In this document: piece by piece, positions 1-11,389 of the stretch
How the letters are laid out: every line of letters begins with the position of its first letter
How positions within the stretch are numbered: the first letter of the stretch is position 1
Source of the DNA: a virus
IMG/VR virus record: IMGVR_UViG_3300048930_000192
Span: 32,001-96,000 of that record
Direction: 5' to 3' (one strand)
Length of the DNA stretch: 64,000 nt
Made by a program: the position numbers and the translations under genes
Notes under the pieces: generated by a model
The model's database searches: none
What the model saw: only the letters and a program-made list of their open reading frames with translations
What the model was told of the DNA's origin: nothing

Positions 1-2
1 CT

Positions 3-3000
3 TGATTGTATGTAACCTCTTACATTAAATACACTATCTGCTGCGCTATAAGAACTAGCCAACGAATTACTGGCACTATCTGTAATGCGAATTAGTCTTT
101 GACCAACTCTAAACGTACCAGATGGTACCGCAAATACTACGCCAGTTATTTTACCACTAGAGTCTGAAATCAGAGATCCAGTGACGTATTGGTCTACTCG
201 AACGCCATCAAAGAACATATAATGTTGAGTATTTGGCTTTAATCCCTCAGCATTGATAGTTATATTTTGACTTAGTATAAACGGAGAAATACTCTCATTA
301 ACGTATCTATTAAGTGTGTTCTTTGTAATATTTTCTGGTGTAGATCTATTAGAAAGATTAGAGCTGGCTGGGTTAGAATATAGATTAGTAGATCTGCTGA
401 CAATATATTGATTTTGACGAGAAATTTGGTCTTCAACAATTTCTTTTCCTGCCCAGTTTAGTTCCCAATCGTTCCACTGGCTGCCGAAGCCATGCCCAGT
501 TGCAGATGATTCCCACGCATCGTTTTCACCTTGCACGTTAATCTTTGTTAAGACGTCGCGGTTTTCGTCGTACCACAAATCACTGGAAGGTGAATTTTTA
601 ATAGATCCGAGATAGCTGTATATTCCAGTATCGTTTATTTTGATTGCATTTGTTACTACGGTTTGGAATATAGCAGGTGTGCTTGTATAGTTGGCAATAG
701 CAATATTGTCTGATGTGAGTGTTATGCCAGCACTAACAGCAGTTAATCCACTGTATGGTTGCACAATAGTTCTGAAACTTGGTCTAAGCTCTGAGTTCTC
801 GAAGTCGATTGCGCATTTATAATATTCGTCTTGTACGTCGCCCTTAGAGTGACCTTTGAATGTATCTACCAAGATGCCAAGTTTTGGTCTAGAGAACCCA
901 TCTGTGTCGTAAATTTCTGTGTTCTTGGCTTCTTGCTCGACAACACTCAAAGAGGTATAGAATTCTAGATTATCAACACGCTTTTCAATCTTGCCGATAT
1001 CTCTCATTGTATATCTACGATTTTCAACATATCTTATGCTAAGATCTTTGCTGTCGTAGGTATATGGATTATATGTAACGCTATACAGAGTCATCGAATC
1101 TGTAGCATCGGCCGGAGCCTTTGGATCTACACTAGGAGATCCCGATATAACTTTAAACTTCTTATCTCTTGTAAGAACTATCTTATCTGTTCTTGGCAAA
1201 TAGTGACTATAAGAAACATTTGAGTTAATGTTGTCAGATGGTACATCACACCCAGTAAGTGCGCCAGTCAAATCTCTGTACGGTCTAAAGTCATATACAT
1301 CACCCAAGTTGTATGTGTATCCGTTACTCTTACTGGTATATGTTGGTATCCATTCGTATTTTGTTCTGCCATCATATGGATCATTGCCGCCATTAAGATA
1401 GCTATTTACATTAATAGCACCAAATCCACTGTGATCATATCTAGTCAGATGTATGTCATATGGGCCAGTATATGAAGAATAGTTGATGTTGGGCTTCAAT
1501 ATTATTTTAGCCCAATCATAATAATTATCTGTTTGACCGGTATCTAAATCGAAACTAGAGAACATATTAGTAGTTATACCAGCACCTATGTGGCCAGTTA
1601 TATCATGAATTTGAACAACGTCAACCAATTTCTTTAGAAGAATGTAACTATTATTATTTTCGTCGGTTAATATGGTTGCTGATGGACCAGTAATGGTTAT
1701 TACTTCTGTAACAATATCTTTTGTGCGATGAAGAGTTCTAGAAGCGGCCTTTGTTTCGTAAGAAGCATAGCAGTGGGTTGGTCCACTTATGTTCAGAACC
1801 AAAGCCAAATATTGAGGTGCGCCTGTTACTGTGACAGTACCAGTTAGTGATACACCATTTGCGCTATAAACCATCAAAGATGATTGTGGGAAATTTCCCG
1901 GTGAAATATCAATGCTACCAAATGCATCGTATGGCGACAGAGTTACAGATGCATGGCCAGAGGCATTGAATGTAATTTGCTTATTAACATTGTAATAAAT
2001 TTCTGGATCTGTACCGGAATTTTCGAAATCTTCAACAGCAAGATTATTCAAATCATATATCAGGTTATTAAAGTTACCATTTTCTATCGAAGCAGTTGCA
2101 CCATTTGGCACAGTAAACAAATAATCGTTGTTTGCTGTGCGGCCATAGGCATACAATCTCTTGAATGAAGATATAGAATAAGATCCAGTAAGATTGATGT
2201 CATATAGATGCAAATAATAACTTGAATCTATCACGTCCTTCAAAGAAATTTGGCGAATCTTTGCTGTACCAATGTGAGAAAATTCTGCGTTGCCTGTGCC
2301 AGACGACATCAAGAAATTTTGACCGTTATTGGTATCAAATGTTAATCCAAAGTTACCAGCAGTTGAATTAAACTGCATTGTAAGATATGGGCCAACAGAT
2401 CTGTCGAAATACTCATTAGTAATAATCCGATTAGTTCTTGCCTTTGACACAACAAGATTTGTTGATCCTTGAGTCTCAAATTCGTATCCGAAGATGTATG
2501 CTTTACCAGCCTCTAGTTTTAGATTAAGAGTACTTGTATCCGCAGTTATATCTTGTATTTCTAGATCAAATGGTTTTACTGTATAGTTACCACTTTCGTC
2601 GTAAGTTCTACGAGCTAGTGTATCTTCTAATGCACTATAATCTGGATACTTCTCTAGTTTGATAGTAGTACCGTCAACGACGCGCATAAATTCTACGAAA
2701 TCTACTCTAGAAAGGTTATCAGTTGCAGATGTATTTGTAGGAGTAAAATCATACTGTTTAATGTCTAACGATATCTTATATCTATCAGATCCTGGTGCAC
2801 CGTAGTTATATGAGCCGTACGCTGGATCTAACAAGGTTTCGTCTAAGTCGGAATTAATAAACGAACGATTCACTGTAAATCCGACTCTTACTGTTGGATC
2901 TGTAAAGTTTCTATATTGAGAACCATCAGAACCATTTAGATTGTATAAACCAATATTCTGCCCAGTATATCCGACAAAGAATCCGTCAACGTATCTTATA

Positions 3001-3521
3001 CCATTGGCTACACTTATCAGTTTAGCGTCACTAATATAAGAACCGGGAACAGCGGTGAGACTTGTAACCTTAAACGTAAATGGATTACCAGAGGCTGTGC
3101 CTGATATAATTGCGTTATTTGTAAATGTCAGACCGGAAGTATAATGAACATAAGCCACGTTTAAAGTATCTACAGAGCTGCCAGATATACCACCCTCTGC
3201 AAATATTACATTACCAATCGATGTCGCACCAAGAGAAAGATTAGATCCTATAATTTCTGAATATGAAGCACCAGAAAGGCTTGCAAATCTAACAGCCTTT
3301 AGTATATTTTCTGTTATTTCCCCACCCGCAACAATGCTACCGTCAGCAAAGATATGATTACCAAATCTTTGCACTTGATTTTGTAGAAGAGTCTGAATTT
3401 GAGTCAATTCTCGTGCTTGTACGGCAAATCCTGGGCGAAACAATAACCGCAAAAATCCCTTATCAGAATTAAAGTCGTCATAGTATGGATCTGTATTAAA
3501 TAGAGTTGGATCGTAAACCAT
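3..3521 (-). CDS. Large virion structural protein, VrlC/DUF4815-like (runs off window start)
   Basis: Not in ORF track; ATG at 3521 after AGGA RBS gives MVYDPTLFNTDPYYDDFNSDKGFLRLLFRPGFAVQARELTQIQTLLQNQVQRFGNHIF, the typical N-terminus of this family; follows gp8. Confidence 0.85.
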   Translation of the reverse strand, partial: MVYDPTLFNTDPYYDDFNSDKGFLRLLFRPGFAVQARELTQIQTLLQNQVQRFGNHIFADGSIVAGGEITENILKAVRFASLSGASYSEIIGSNLSLGATSIGNVIFAEGGISGSSVDTLNVAYVHYTSGLTFTNNAIISGTASGNPFTFKVTSLTAVPGSYISDAKLISVANGIRYVDGFFVGYTGQNIGLYNLNGSDGSQYRNFTDPTVRVGFTVNRSFINSDLDETLLDPAYGSYNYGAPGSDRYKISLDIKQYDFTPTNTSATDNLSRVDFVEFMRVVDGTTIKLEKYPDYSALEDTLARRTYDESGNYTVKPFDLEIQDITADTSTLNLKLEAGKAYIFGYEFETQGSTNLVVSKARTNRIITNEYFDRSVGPYLTMQFNSTAGNFGLTFDTNNGQNFLMSSGTGNAEFSHIGTAKIRQISLKDVIDSSYYLHLYDINLTGSYSISSFKRLYAYGRTANNDYLFTVPNGATASIENGNFNNLIYDLNNLAVEDFENSGTDPEIYYNVNKQITFNASGHASVTLSPYDAFGSIDISPGNFPQSSLMVYSANGVSLTGTVTVTGAPQYLALVLNISGPTHCYASYETKAASRTLHRTKDIVTEVITITGPSATILTDENNNSYILLKKLVDVVQIHDITGHIGAGITTNMFSSFDLDTGQTDNYYDWAKIILKPNINYSSYTGPYDIHLTRYDHSGFGAINVNSYLNGGNDPYDGRTKYEWIPTYTSKSNGYTYNLGDVYDFRPYRDLTGALTGCDVPSDNINSNVSYSHYLPRTDKIVLTRDKKFKVISGSPSVDPKAPADATDSMTLYSVTYNPYTYDSKDLSIRYVENRRYTMRDIGKIEKRVDNLEFYTSLSVVEQEAKNTEIYDTDGFSRPKLGILVDTFKGHSKGDVQDEYYKCAIDFENSELRPSFRTIVQPYSGLTAVSAGITLTSDNIAIANYTSTPAIFQTVVTNAIKINDTGIYSYLGSIKNSPSSDLWYDENRDVLTKINVQGENDAWESSATGHGFGSQWNDWELNWAGKEIVEDQISRQNQYIVSRSTNLYSNPASSNLSNRSTPENITKNTLNRYVNESISPFILSQNITINAEGLKPNTQHYMFFDGVRVDQYVTGSLISDSSGKITGVVFAVPSGTFRVGQRLIRITDSASNSLASSYSAADSVFNVRGYIQS

Positions 3522-3531
3522 TTATTTCCTT

Positions 3532-5811
3532 TTAGAAATTAATTACAAGTTTAATTTCTTCTCTTTGCTCGTTCGATCTTGGCACAGGTCGTATATTTTG
3601 TATGTGAACCAATTCACCAGAATGATACTTTATGTCTGGATATCTTATAATGTTATTTATGGTAGCAGAATACGAATTACCGTATTTAATAGTGTGACCA
3701 GTAGCAAATGTACCCCAAACACCGTTTACTATCGCATTGGCGCTAGTTGATCCTGTAGCAGGAACCCAATCTATTAGATATCCTTTCGACATTTCGGTAG
3801 TTCCAGAAAGGCTTGTTATAAGACTATCCGCAGTCAAAGACGAATCGGTAAATACATTAGCGCCGTTATAGAATAGTTCGATATTATAAGATTGTGTATA
3901 TATACTATTACTGTTAAAGTCGCGATAGGCTATCTCTGATATCTTACCAATTTTACTGCTGTATCCGGTATTACCCACATACCATTTATTGACAAATTCG
4001 CCAATATTAAATGCACCGTGATAGTCTTCTAGATATAGAGATCCTATTAAATTAGTAGCCAAATCTGGCTGCCATTTATACACTTTACCGTAAGAATATG
4101 TAGGATAAACGCTGTCACCAGATGTGCTGCCATTACCGACACTTTGAACAAATTGGCCACGAACAAAATCTACACCTTCTGGATCAAATGTTGCATCATA
4201 TGGTGTTATTTTAACGTCTAGTGTATTGTGCCCTTCTGTGCCTGCAATAGTCTTGTAACTCACTTGATTTATTGTTTTGCCATCAGATAAAGTCAATCCA
4301 ATCTTGAAGGCATTTTCGTAATCAGATTTTAGATAAAGATTAGAGGTGCACGTTATACCGGTGATACCAGCAAACCATTCAATTACTTCACCAGATGCAG
4401 TACCAAAACTTACAATATCACCGGCAGCATAATCGTCAGAATCACCAGACTCAACCAGGTTCAAATTTACTATTTTTCTGTGCAGCAATGGATTTTTCAA
4501 CAAAGCAAATTGGCGATAGTCGTTGCTAATGGTCAGCAAATTGTCTTCATCTTGATCGAAATTCTCTATTATCATCAGCGCATTGCATCCCAGTTCTTTA
4601 ACTGGATTTGAGCCGTGACCACCGGGTGGTGACATTATAGCCTTTGCCAATACCGACATATCGGCATTAGATCCTGGTATCGAAGTTAGCCCCTTAATAA
4701 TTTCAATTTGGCCAAACGTATATTCTTTGCCGCTGTCTACTATTTCGATTGTGTCCAGATATTTCGGTCCAGTAAACCCCGACAGATATTGATCGCCGAA
4801 AGTTACAGCAAAATCTGCTCTATTGAACTGGGTATTAAGAGAATTGTTGCTGGCATATCCGTCACCAACTATTTTTATTTGAGGTTGTATAGAAAACAAA
4901 CTACGATCAGATCCGACACCAGATGTTACGCCAACATCAAGAGGTGTTTCTATAGTTACAGTTGCGCTGTTAGATCCTGCGGCATAGCTAGAAATTATTC
5001 TTTGCTGACCTTGACCAAGCCCAGATTCTATTTTTAGTACCATTCCGTCATAATAACCGTTAGAATACACAATATTTGGGCTAGATATCACAATGCTGCT
5101 TGTGCCAGCAGTTGCTGATTGAGATATTTGATTTTCTGGTTTATAAAAAACAACTCTATCAGATATAATCTGGTCTCTGACAGATTTGTTCAATTCTACA
5201 AAGTCTATACTACCGTCAATTGCCTGTTGCTGAACATTCCATTGCAAAATTCTTTCGTCGTTATCTTCTACGTTTTCGATATATTCGACTGGCATGTATC
5301 CGATAGAATCTGAATAAGATTTAGTCAGAAACTTTCTCTTAGATTCTGGTATCTGATACATAAACTTCCAACGATATCCGTCAGACAATGTTCTTATTTG
5401 AGAATCTGTATGAGTAGGTGCAACCGAAGAAACTGCGTTATAGTTGTTATCTATGCACTTATAAACTCTCGCTTCGTCTACGAGAACATAGAAGTTGGAC
5501 GGGCTATCGTCGTCGAATAAGTCGGTATAATCTCTGTACGTGTTATACACGGTACCTGGTGACCAATCAACTCTTCTTATTACCAAAGAAATATCGTCTT
5601 GGTTTATTTGCTTGCAGCCTATAATACCTCTATAAAACTCGGTATCAGACAAGATCGAATCCACATTGGCTGGCGGCGAGTCGTCGTTTGGCCACTCACT
5701 TATTCTACTTATTGCAACAAAGTACTTATCATCAGAATACTTTATATTAGAATAAAGCATATCTGCTAACGAAGTCCTAGTTTTTTGCCTGAATGGATCA
5801 CATACACCCAT
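3532..5811 (-). CDS. gp8: Baseplate wedge subunit gp8 (extended)
   Basis: RVDWSPGTVY, FYVLVDEARVYKCIDN, DGYRWKFMY, SPPGGHGSNPVKELG and C-terminal EEIKLVINF motifs. Confidence 0.85.
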   Translation of the reverse strand: MGVCDPFRQKTRTSLADMLYSNIKYSDDKYFVAISRISEWPNDDSPPANVDSILSDTEFYRGIIGCKQINQDDISLVIRRVDWSPGTVYNTYRDYTDLFDDDSPSNFYVLVDEARVYKCIDNNYNAVSSVAPTHTDSQIRTLSDGYRWKFMYQIPESKRKFLTKSYSDSIGYMPVEYIENVEDNDERILQWNVQQQAIDGSIDFVELNKSVRDQIISDRVVFYKPENQISQSATAGTSSIVISSPNIVYSNGYYDGMVLKIESGLGQGQQRIISSYAAGSNSATVTIETPLDVGVTSGVGSDRSLFSIQPQIKIVGDGYASNNSLNTQFNRADFAVTFGDQYLSGFTGPKYLDTIEIVDSGKEYTFGQIEIIKGLTSIPGSNADMSVLAKAIMSPPGGHGSNPVKELGCNALMIIENFDQDEDNLLTISNDYRQFALLKNPLLHRKIVNLNLVESGDSDDYAAGDIVSFGTASGEVIEWFAGITGITCTSNLYLKSDYENAFKIGLTLSDGKTINQVSYKTIAGTEGHNTLDVKITPYDATFDPEGVDFVRGQFVQSVGNGSTSGDSVYPTYSYGKVYKWQPDLATNLIGSLYLEDYHGAFNIGEFVNKWYVGNTGYSSKIGKISEIAYRDFNSNSIYTQSYNIELFYNGANVFTDSSLTADSLITSLSGTTEMSKGYLIDWVPATGSTSANAIVNGVWGTFATGHTIKYGNSYSATINNIIRYPDIKYHSGELVHIQNIRPVPRSNEQREEIKLVINF

Positions 5812-5826
5812 GTTTATTTTGCCTTC

Positions 5827-7551
5827 TTAAAAATTCGGACTTGAGCCGTAATTTCTTACGGTGCCTGTTGTTGATCTGCAATCGAACTTCTCTCCGATTG
5901 GCATTTCCAAAAAACTGCCAATTGATATTTTATAAAATTCAGACGCATTATCGTACTGCAATGTAACATATTTATGATCCCGCGGCCCAGTAAATGATTC
6001 TAGCCATTCAGATCGCCTAGATGCAGTTAATGTCCATTCTTGCCAATTTCCCAAACCAGTAGACCCAGCGAAGTTATATCTTTCTTCATATGGTATTCTT
6101 GCCACAACAGTACCGTTATTTCCGATTCTTTCATTTGGATGATCGTATATAATCCAGAAAGGATCTGCTCTTACAAATCCACTAAGACCAACCCAGTCAG
6201 AAGTTGTACCAGATTCATACTCTATGCCATTAGAAAGTGGATTGCAGTTTCCAGCAGTCATTATCAAGTTATCGTGCAGCGAGGGATAATACCCGGCTTT
6301 ATCAGAATCAATCATAAACCAATCGGCAAGATTGTCGTAAGTGTTAAATGTATACGGCAAATAATGTCCAATTATAGGAACTTCATATCTAGAAAGTTCT
6401 GAGTTTGTACTCATATCACCTTCTATACATCGTTTGATTAAAACCTGACCAAAGAAAGCAAGACCGGCTGGGTGAATTAGTTTCTTGATTATATCTCTAT
6501 ATCTGCTTATTACAACTTCTGTTTTAAGCACATAACTAAAGTTCTGATAATAGTGATTATCTTGTAGTACTTTATTGGAACTTAACTTGCCATCATTGTT
6601 TGAATAGTATCCTTCGTAGTTGCATATAGCACCAATATTTGCGGTACCAGAGAATCCAGAACCCTTTACACTTGTAACAGATATAGTTGGCGATATACCA
6701 TAATTAACACCAAAGTTATTAATCTTAATCTTTAGTATTTTGCCAGTAGATGAAACCTGAGAAACTTCTGCTTCTGCTTTTTGCCCAACATCGTTTATAT
6801 CAGTAGTGAAAACTAACTTATCGCCGATTCTATAGTTAGATCCACCGCTTATTATGCTTATTGAAGAAACTACAGAGTATACCTTAGATTCAGTAAGTAT
6901 TTCGGTGTCGTCATTGAACATCACTTGTTGATCAGCAACGAATGTTCCACTTACACCAGTTAGCTCATATTCAGATACCTCAAACACACCAAGCTGATAC
7001 CTAGAAACATTTTCAACAAATGCAGAAGATATAACAGTACCAGAACTATTTACTTGATATATTTTTTTACCAAGAGACCTAAAGCAGTTAGAACCAAGGC
7101 TGCTGCTTGTTCGTATAGTTTTCTTTTGAGTCCACTTGCCGTCACTAACTCTAAGAATATCTAATTTTGGATAATAAAATTCTACGTTAGTGTCATATAA
7201 TATTCTAAAAAGAAGTTCATATGTCTTTTCTGTGCCCCTTGCTCGATAAAACTGTTTAATATTCTTTATCAGCTTTCTTTCATCGAGCGGCGCACCTGTA
7301 TCTTTATTGATGGCAAGAGTTTCTGGAAACCCATTTAGATACTGACTCTTAAAACTAGATATAAACTCGTCGAATGTCGTATCAATATCTATTGCATTAC
7401 CAAGTTCTAACATGTTTCTCAGACTAGAACCCTGAGTTTCTGTCCATTCGTAGTACGCTTTAATAAAAGCAGTAAATGTAGGATGATCCAGCCGCACAAA
7501 TTGCGGTATTCTGTAATTTATGATGGCCGATATATTATTGCCAGTTGACAT
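5827..7551 (-). CDS. gp7: Baseplate wedge initiator gp7-like
   Basis: IPQFVRLDHPTFTAFIKAYYEW, FYRARGTEK, LQDNHYYQNFSYVLK, LIHPAG; synteny gp6-gp7-gp8. Confidence 0.8.
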   Translation of the reverse strand: MSTGNNISAIINYRIPQFVRLDHPTFTAFIKAYYEWTETQGSSLRNMLELGNAIDIDTTFDEFISSFKSQYLNGFPETLAINKDTGAPLDERKLIKNIKQFYRARGTEKTYELLFRILYDTNVEFYYPKLDILRVSDGKWTQKKTIRTSSSLGSNCFRSLGKKIYQVNSSGTVISSAFVENVSRYQLGVFEVSEYELTGVSGTFVADQQVMFNDDTEILTESKVYSVVSSISIISGGSNYRIGDKLVFTTDINDVGQKAEAEVSQVSSTGKILKIKINNFGVNYGISPTISVTSVKGSGFSGTANIGAICNYEGYYSNNDGKLSSNKVLQDNHYYQNFSYVLKTEVVISRYRDIIKKLIHPAGLAFFGQVLIKRCIEGDMSTNSELSRYEVPIIGHYLPYTFNTYDNLADWFMIDSDKAGYYPSLHDNLIMTAGNCNPLSNGIEYESGTTSDWVGLSGFVRADPFWIIYDHPNERIGNNGTVVARIPYEERYNFAGSTGLGNWQEWTLTASRRSEWLESFTGPRDHKYVTLQYDNASEFYKISIGSFLEMPIGEKFDCRSTTGTVRNYGSSPNF

Positions 7552-9468
7552 TTATGTTCCAGTTGAATATGGGAAATTTGCACCAGACGAATATGGATCA
7601 GATCTGATAGATTCGGGTGTACAAGTCACAGTAATATTACTGTAATCTATTGTTACTATTTGATTTCTCTTTGATATAACATCTCGTTTATTTGGTATCA
7701 CAGTTATCTTTATCTCAGAGTCTATTATATTTGATAATCTTGTTGGTCTAAAGTTAACCAATACTAATTTACCAGTATCATAATCAATTGTACCGGCAGA
7801 TTCTTTGACGTATATCTTTTCTTGATCGATAAGTTTATAAATCTTCACTGTGCCCAAACCATCGTCTTCTAAATAGCAATCAACATCGGCACCATCAGAA
7901 TCTATGTAACCAAATCCATTGCTAGATACTATAGACGTATATCCGTCAATTGGGTGATATAGTTGGTTATTATAGTTTATCGTATAGTTGCTAGTAATGT
8001 TAAATCTTGGATCAATTGTTCTCATTAGATTAATGTCTGTATCACTGCTCAATATAGAAGTATTGGTGTCATCGATATAAGACAAGAAATTTGAATATCT
8101 AAAGTTTCTATCGAACTTGTCTAGATATAAATCGCCATATGTAGTTATGTAAGTAGAAATTAGCTGCTGCATAGCCTTTGGTGTTAAATTAGTTTTGCTT
8201 TGATCATAACTAACATTACAATTTATTATAAGATAGATGTATTCTGGATCTACTATTTCTGGCGTAATACTAATTAGATTTCTGCTCTTTATAATATTTC
8301 TAGCAATAGCAGATTTTTCTGATTGAGTAAACTTAAGAGCATTTGTTGGCTTTAAAGATATAAAGACTTTACCGTATATTGGTGGCTCATTATCTTCGCC
8401 GCCCCAAACAAACACACTATCTGCACCTTCACTATATTCTCTTGCGATAAGAGTTCTATAGTCATCAGACGTAACAGCTCTGTCTTGAGCCTGATAGTTC
8501 TTTGGCGCATAATACTTTATACTGCTTAAGTCTTCAACATAAGTACCACCGTATGTTACTGGGTACGTACCGTCGTCATTTTGAACTATTTTAACTGTAG
8601 ATGTGGAATCAGAGGCGTTGGTAAATGTTTGAACAAGACTTGTCTCATTTCTACCAATACCATTACCCTGTTCACCTAGAGTAGTAAGATAAGTAATGCT
8701 TATCAAATTACCATTTTCGGGGCTTCTACCCAAAATGCCATCGCCAAAATAGATCTCATACTTATCTTCGTATCTTTGTACGAAGTATACTCTAGATTCG
8801 CTATTTAAAACATTAATATCAGTCGATTCTTTCCATATGTATTCATTACCTTGGGTATCAGTAACCGATTTTTGTACTCTTACCAATATACTAGTTGTAT
8901 CTACTGTTGGATCTGGTATTATATACTTTATAGCTTCGTTGTTATTATCTGCAACATAAGATACAGAAGAATATGTACCTTGCTTTATTTCAACATTTCT
9001 AGCAACAAACTGCTCAGACTGGTATTCAATTTCGTAGTTATCGGTCGCAACAAATGACATATTTCTACCATTTGCGTCTTTAGCAGTAAATGATGTGCCT
9101 CTTAGTAGATACAATGGTGTGCCATTTATTACCAAATCTTGCTGATCTTCTGTTAGGTTATTATAGTATACGTCAACATAAGTTATTGCACCTCGATAAG
9201 ATCTCGGTACATAGTTTAGGTGCTTAGAAATACTAGCCGCAGACTGCACAGTGCGGCAGCTATCCAAAAATGCTTCATTTGCTACCATGTTAGCATAAAA
9301 TGCTTGATAATGAGTATTTGCAGCAAGAATGTCCAACATTATGTTTAGACCGGCACCTTCAAAATTGTAGTCTTTAAAGGTGTCTTGAGACTGCAAAAAT
9401 GCCTTTAGACTCGACTTAATACCGTCGAAGTCAATAGAGCTTATGCTTATATCTGATCGGTTTGTCAT
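7552..9468 (-). CDS. gp6: Baseplate wedge subunit gp6
   Basis: DFDGIKSSLKAFL, DYNFEGAGL, YFGDGILG, QDRAVTSDDY, VWGGEDNEPPIYGKVFI. Confidence 0.92.
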   Translation of the reverse strand: MTNRSDISISSIDFDGIKSSLKAFLQSQDTFKDYNFEGAGLNIMLDILAANTHYQAFYANMVANEAFLDSCRTVQSAASISKHLNYVPRSYRGAITYVDVYYNNLTEDQQDLVINGTPLYLLRGTSFTAKDANGRNMSFVATDNYEIEYQSEQFVARNVEIKQGTYSSVSYVADNNNEAIKYIIPDPTVDTTSILVRVQKSVTDTQGNEYIWKESTDINVLNSESRVYFVQRYEDKYEIYFGDGILGRSPENGNLISITYLTTLGEQGNGIGRNETSLVQTFTNASDSTSTVKIVQNDDGTYPVTYGGTYVEDLSSIKYYAPKNYQAQDRAVTSDDYRTLIAREYSEGADSVFVWGGEDNEPPIYGKVFISLKPTNALKFTQSEKSAIARNIIKSRNLISITPEIVDPEYIYLIINCNVSYDQSKTNLTPKAMQQLISTYITTYGDLYLDKFDRNFRYSNFLSYIDDTNTSILSSDTDINLMRTIDPRFNITSNYTINYNNQLYHPIDGYTSIVSSNGFGYIDSDGADVDCYLEDDGLGTVKIYKLIDQEKIYVKESAGTIDYDTGKLVLVNFRPTRLSNIIDSEIKITVIPNKRDVISKRNQIVTIDYSNITVTCTPESIRSDPYSSGANFPYSTGT

Positions 9469-9470
9469 TT

Positions 9471-9857
9471 TTATCTGGTCCTTACCAAAGGAACTCTTAC
9501 TAAGGCAACTTCTGGTATATTATAGATAGTAAAAGCTATTTCAGCAGCCAGAAAATTACTATCTGGGTTAAAATAGACTTTAATATCATATTTCTGTATT
9601 CTCGGTTCGTAGTCCTTTATTATCTTACCGATCGACTCTTTCAAAATATATTCTGTGTTTGGGCTGTCGGGAAATTCGAACAAAGTAGAGGTTATTTTGC
9701 TATTGATCTCTGGATGAAATGGCTTCTCATAAAACTGCAATAATATAAGATTACGAACACTTCGCTTGACAGCTTCGGCGTCGTATTTGAACCCAATATC
9801 ACCACTTACTGGATTTCTCTTAAAATCTAGATCTAGATCTGAATATTTTGGCATCAA
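9471..9857 (-). CDS. gp25: Baseplate wedge subunit gp25
   Basis: YSDLDLDF, AVKRSVRNLI, EKPFHPE, YEPRI. Confidence 0.9.
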   Translation of the reverse strand: MMPKYSDLDLDFKRNPVSGDIGFKYDAEAVKRSVRNLILLQFYEKPFHPEINSKITSTLFEFPDSPNTEYILKESIGKIIKDYEPRIQKYDIKVYFNPDSNFLAAEIAFTIYNIPEVALVRVPLVRTR

Positions 9858-9860
9858 ATT

Positions 9861-9868
9861 TATTTATC
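9861..9868 (-). promoter_or_regulatory. T4-type late promoter (GATAAATA)
   Basis: NATAAATA immediately upstream of gp25. Confidence 0.55.
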
Positions 9869-9875
9869 TAAGTTT

Positions 9876-10166
9876 TTAACCACCTATAAAAGTATTTGGG
9901 CTTCCTTGTATACAAGCAGATCCACAGTCTACAGGATCACCCAATCTCGCAGCTTGAAGACCGTTTATGTAAACAGAGCTAGATCCAGTAGAAGTTTTTG
10001 AGCCAACGTGTCTGTCATCACCACACACATGGTCTGCCCAACCGTCGGTTTGACGGTGAGATGACCTATTATTGACGAACACGTTTGGCGAACCTTCTAC
10101 GTTTGGTCTTGGTGGATAGCAGCCATGGCCAGAGCAATAGTCACCCAATCTAGTTGCAGATCGCAT
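9876..10166 (-). CDS. PAAR spike-tip protein (gp5.4-like)
   Basis: ATRLGD, GSPNVFVN, GSSSVYINGLQAARLGD repeats. Confidence 0.93.
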   Translation of the reverse strand: MRSATRLGDYCSGHGCYPPRPNVEGSPNVFVNNRSSHRQTDGWADHVCGDDRHVGSKTSTGSSSVYINGLQAARLGDPVDCGSACIQGSPNTFIGG

Positions 10167-10168
10167 CT

Positions 10169-10849
10169 TTAATCTCCGTAAAATCCGAGTGATTTCTGAT
10201 AAGAAACATAGCTGCCGCCGTCAATTATTTTGCTTGTATCATCTTGGAACTTCTGATCTTCTACTTGCCGAATAAAAGAATCTCTCAGATCACTCCAGTC
10301 TAAAGATATGTCAATTGCATATATTTTTCTGGTTAAAGGCTCTGGTGGTATAAAGTGATATCTTACTACATATCCTTTATTATATATCGGATAGCTGTCA
10401 TATTTAACAGGTTTCGGAAAAATATCGGCTGGATTACCCAAAATTTTACCATATACCTTTAGACTTCTGTTACTATTAGATCCGGTAGATATCAATCCAA
10501 CACCGTCTGGTAACTTACCCGCTACTATAGCAGTAGATGGTCTTAAAAAGAAGTTTTCCAAAGTTGAGTACCATCTACCAAGCAAAGGTGACGACTCAAA
10601 ATATTGAATGGTAGTAGTTTGCCTAAATATTTTAGATATAACTGTTTTATAGTATATATTTTTTAATAGAAATACAGTTGTGTTATATTCTTGATCGATA
10701 TAAGCAACACCAGACGATGTTGTAGATGTGTTTCTTTTAAGAAAAGACAAAGCAGACGACTTTTTGCTTGTTTCTGATATTTTGGTGCCTAGTTCTAAAG
10801 CATCACGACCAACTTTTATTATATCGCTGTCTAATGGTAATATTATCAT
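10169..10849 (-). CDS. Hypothetical protein in baseplate operon
   Basis: 226-aa ORF tightly packed in operon. Confidence 0.6.
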   Translation of the reverse strand: MIILPLDSDIIKVGRDALELGTKISETSKKSSALSFLKRNTSTTSSGVAYIDQEYNTTVFLLKNIYYKTVISKIFRQTTTIQYFESSPLLGRWYSTLENFFLRPSTAIVAGKLPDGVGLISTGSNSNRSLKVYGKILGNPADIFPKPVKYDSYPIYNKGYVVRYHFIPPEPLTRKIYAIDISLDWSDLRDSFIRQVEDQKFQDDTSKIIDGGSYVSYQKSLGFYGD

Positions 10850-11389
10850 TTACGCCTCTACAAACACCTCATTGCCACCAGAATCTCTAATGCCAATCAA
10901 TAACGCACTACCAGACAAATCATACCAAAAGCTACCATAAACGCTCGTTGGTGCAGTTAAACCAATTGTTAAATTAATATTGCCGCCAGAAGCGGAAGAT
11001 ATGTAGTCCCATGCAGATCCGGACCATTTCCATTCTCTATTCTCAAACGCATATATGTCGCCGGTTAGCGGTCCGGTGGGAAAATTGAACTCGGAAAGTG
11101 AATTTACAGATTCGCCGTTTGTAAAAATATCAACAAACTGAGAACTGTTTTCGGTAGAAAGATATACATATCCTTTACCACTATTTGTCTTAATCCATAC
11201 CAGACCCTCAAACGATTCGGTGCTCGCGGGTGCAGTCATACCATAATAAACTGCATACCCATCTGCGCCAGAGTCGCCTTGAGTACCAGCAGGTCCCTGT
11301 ACGACCTGAATAAAGGCTCTTTCTGTAGAAGATGGTGCAAAAGTAGAACCATTTAGGGAAGAAAAATAGTCAATCGATTTACTCATCAC
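10850..11389 (-). CDS. Putative virion/fibre-associated protein
   Basis: Short collagen-like GPAGTQGDSGADG and NFPTGP..GDIY..REWKWSGSAW motifs typical of phage fibre proteins. Confidence 0.55.
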   Translation of the reverse strand: MMSKSIDYFSSLNGSTFAPSSTERAFIQVVQGPAGTQGDSGADGYAVYYGMTAPASTESFEGLVWIKTNSGKGYVYLSTENSSQFVDIFTNGESVNSLSEFNFPTGPLTGDIYAFENREWKWSGSAWDYISSASGGNINLTIGLTAPTSVYGSFWYDLSGSALLIGIRDSGGNEVFVEA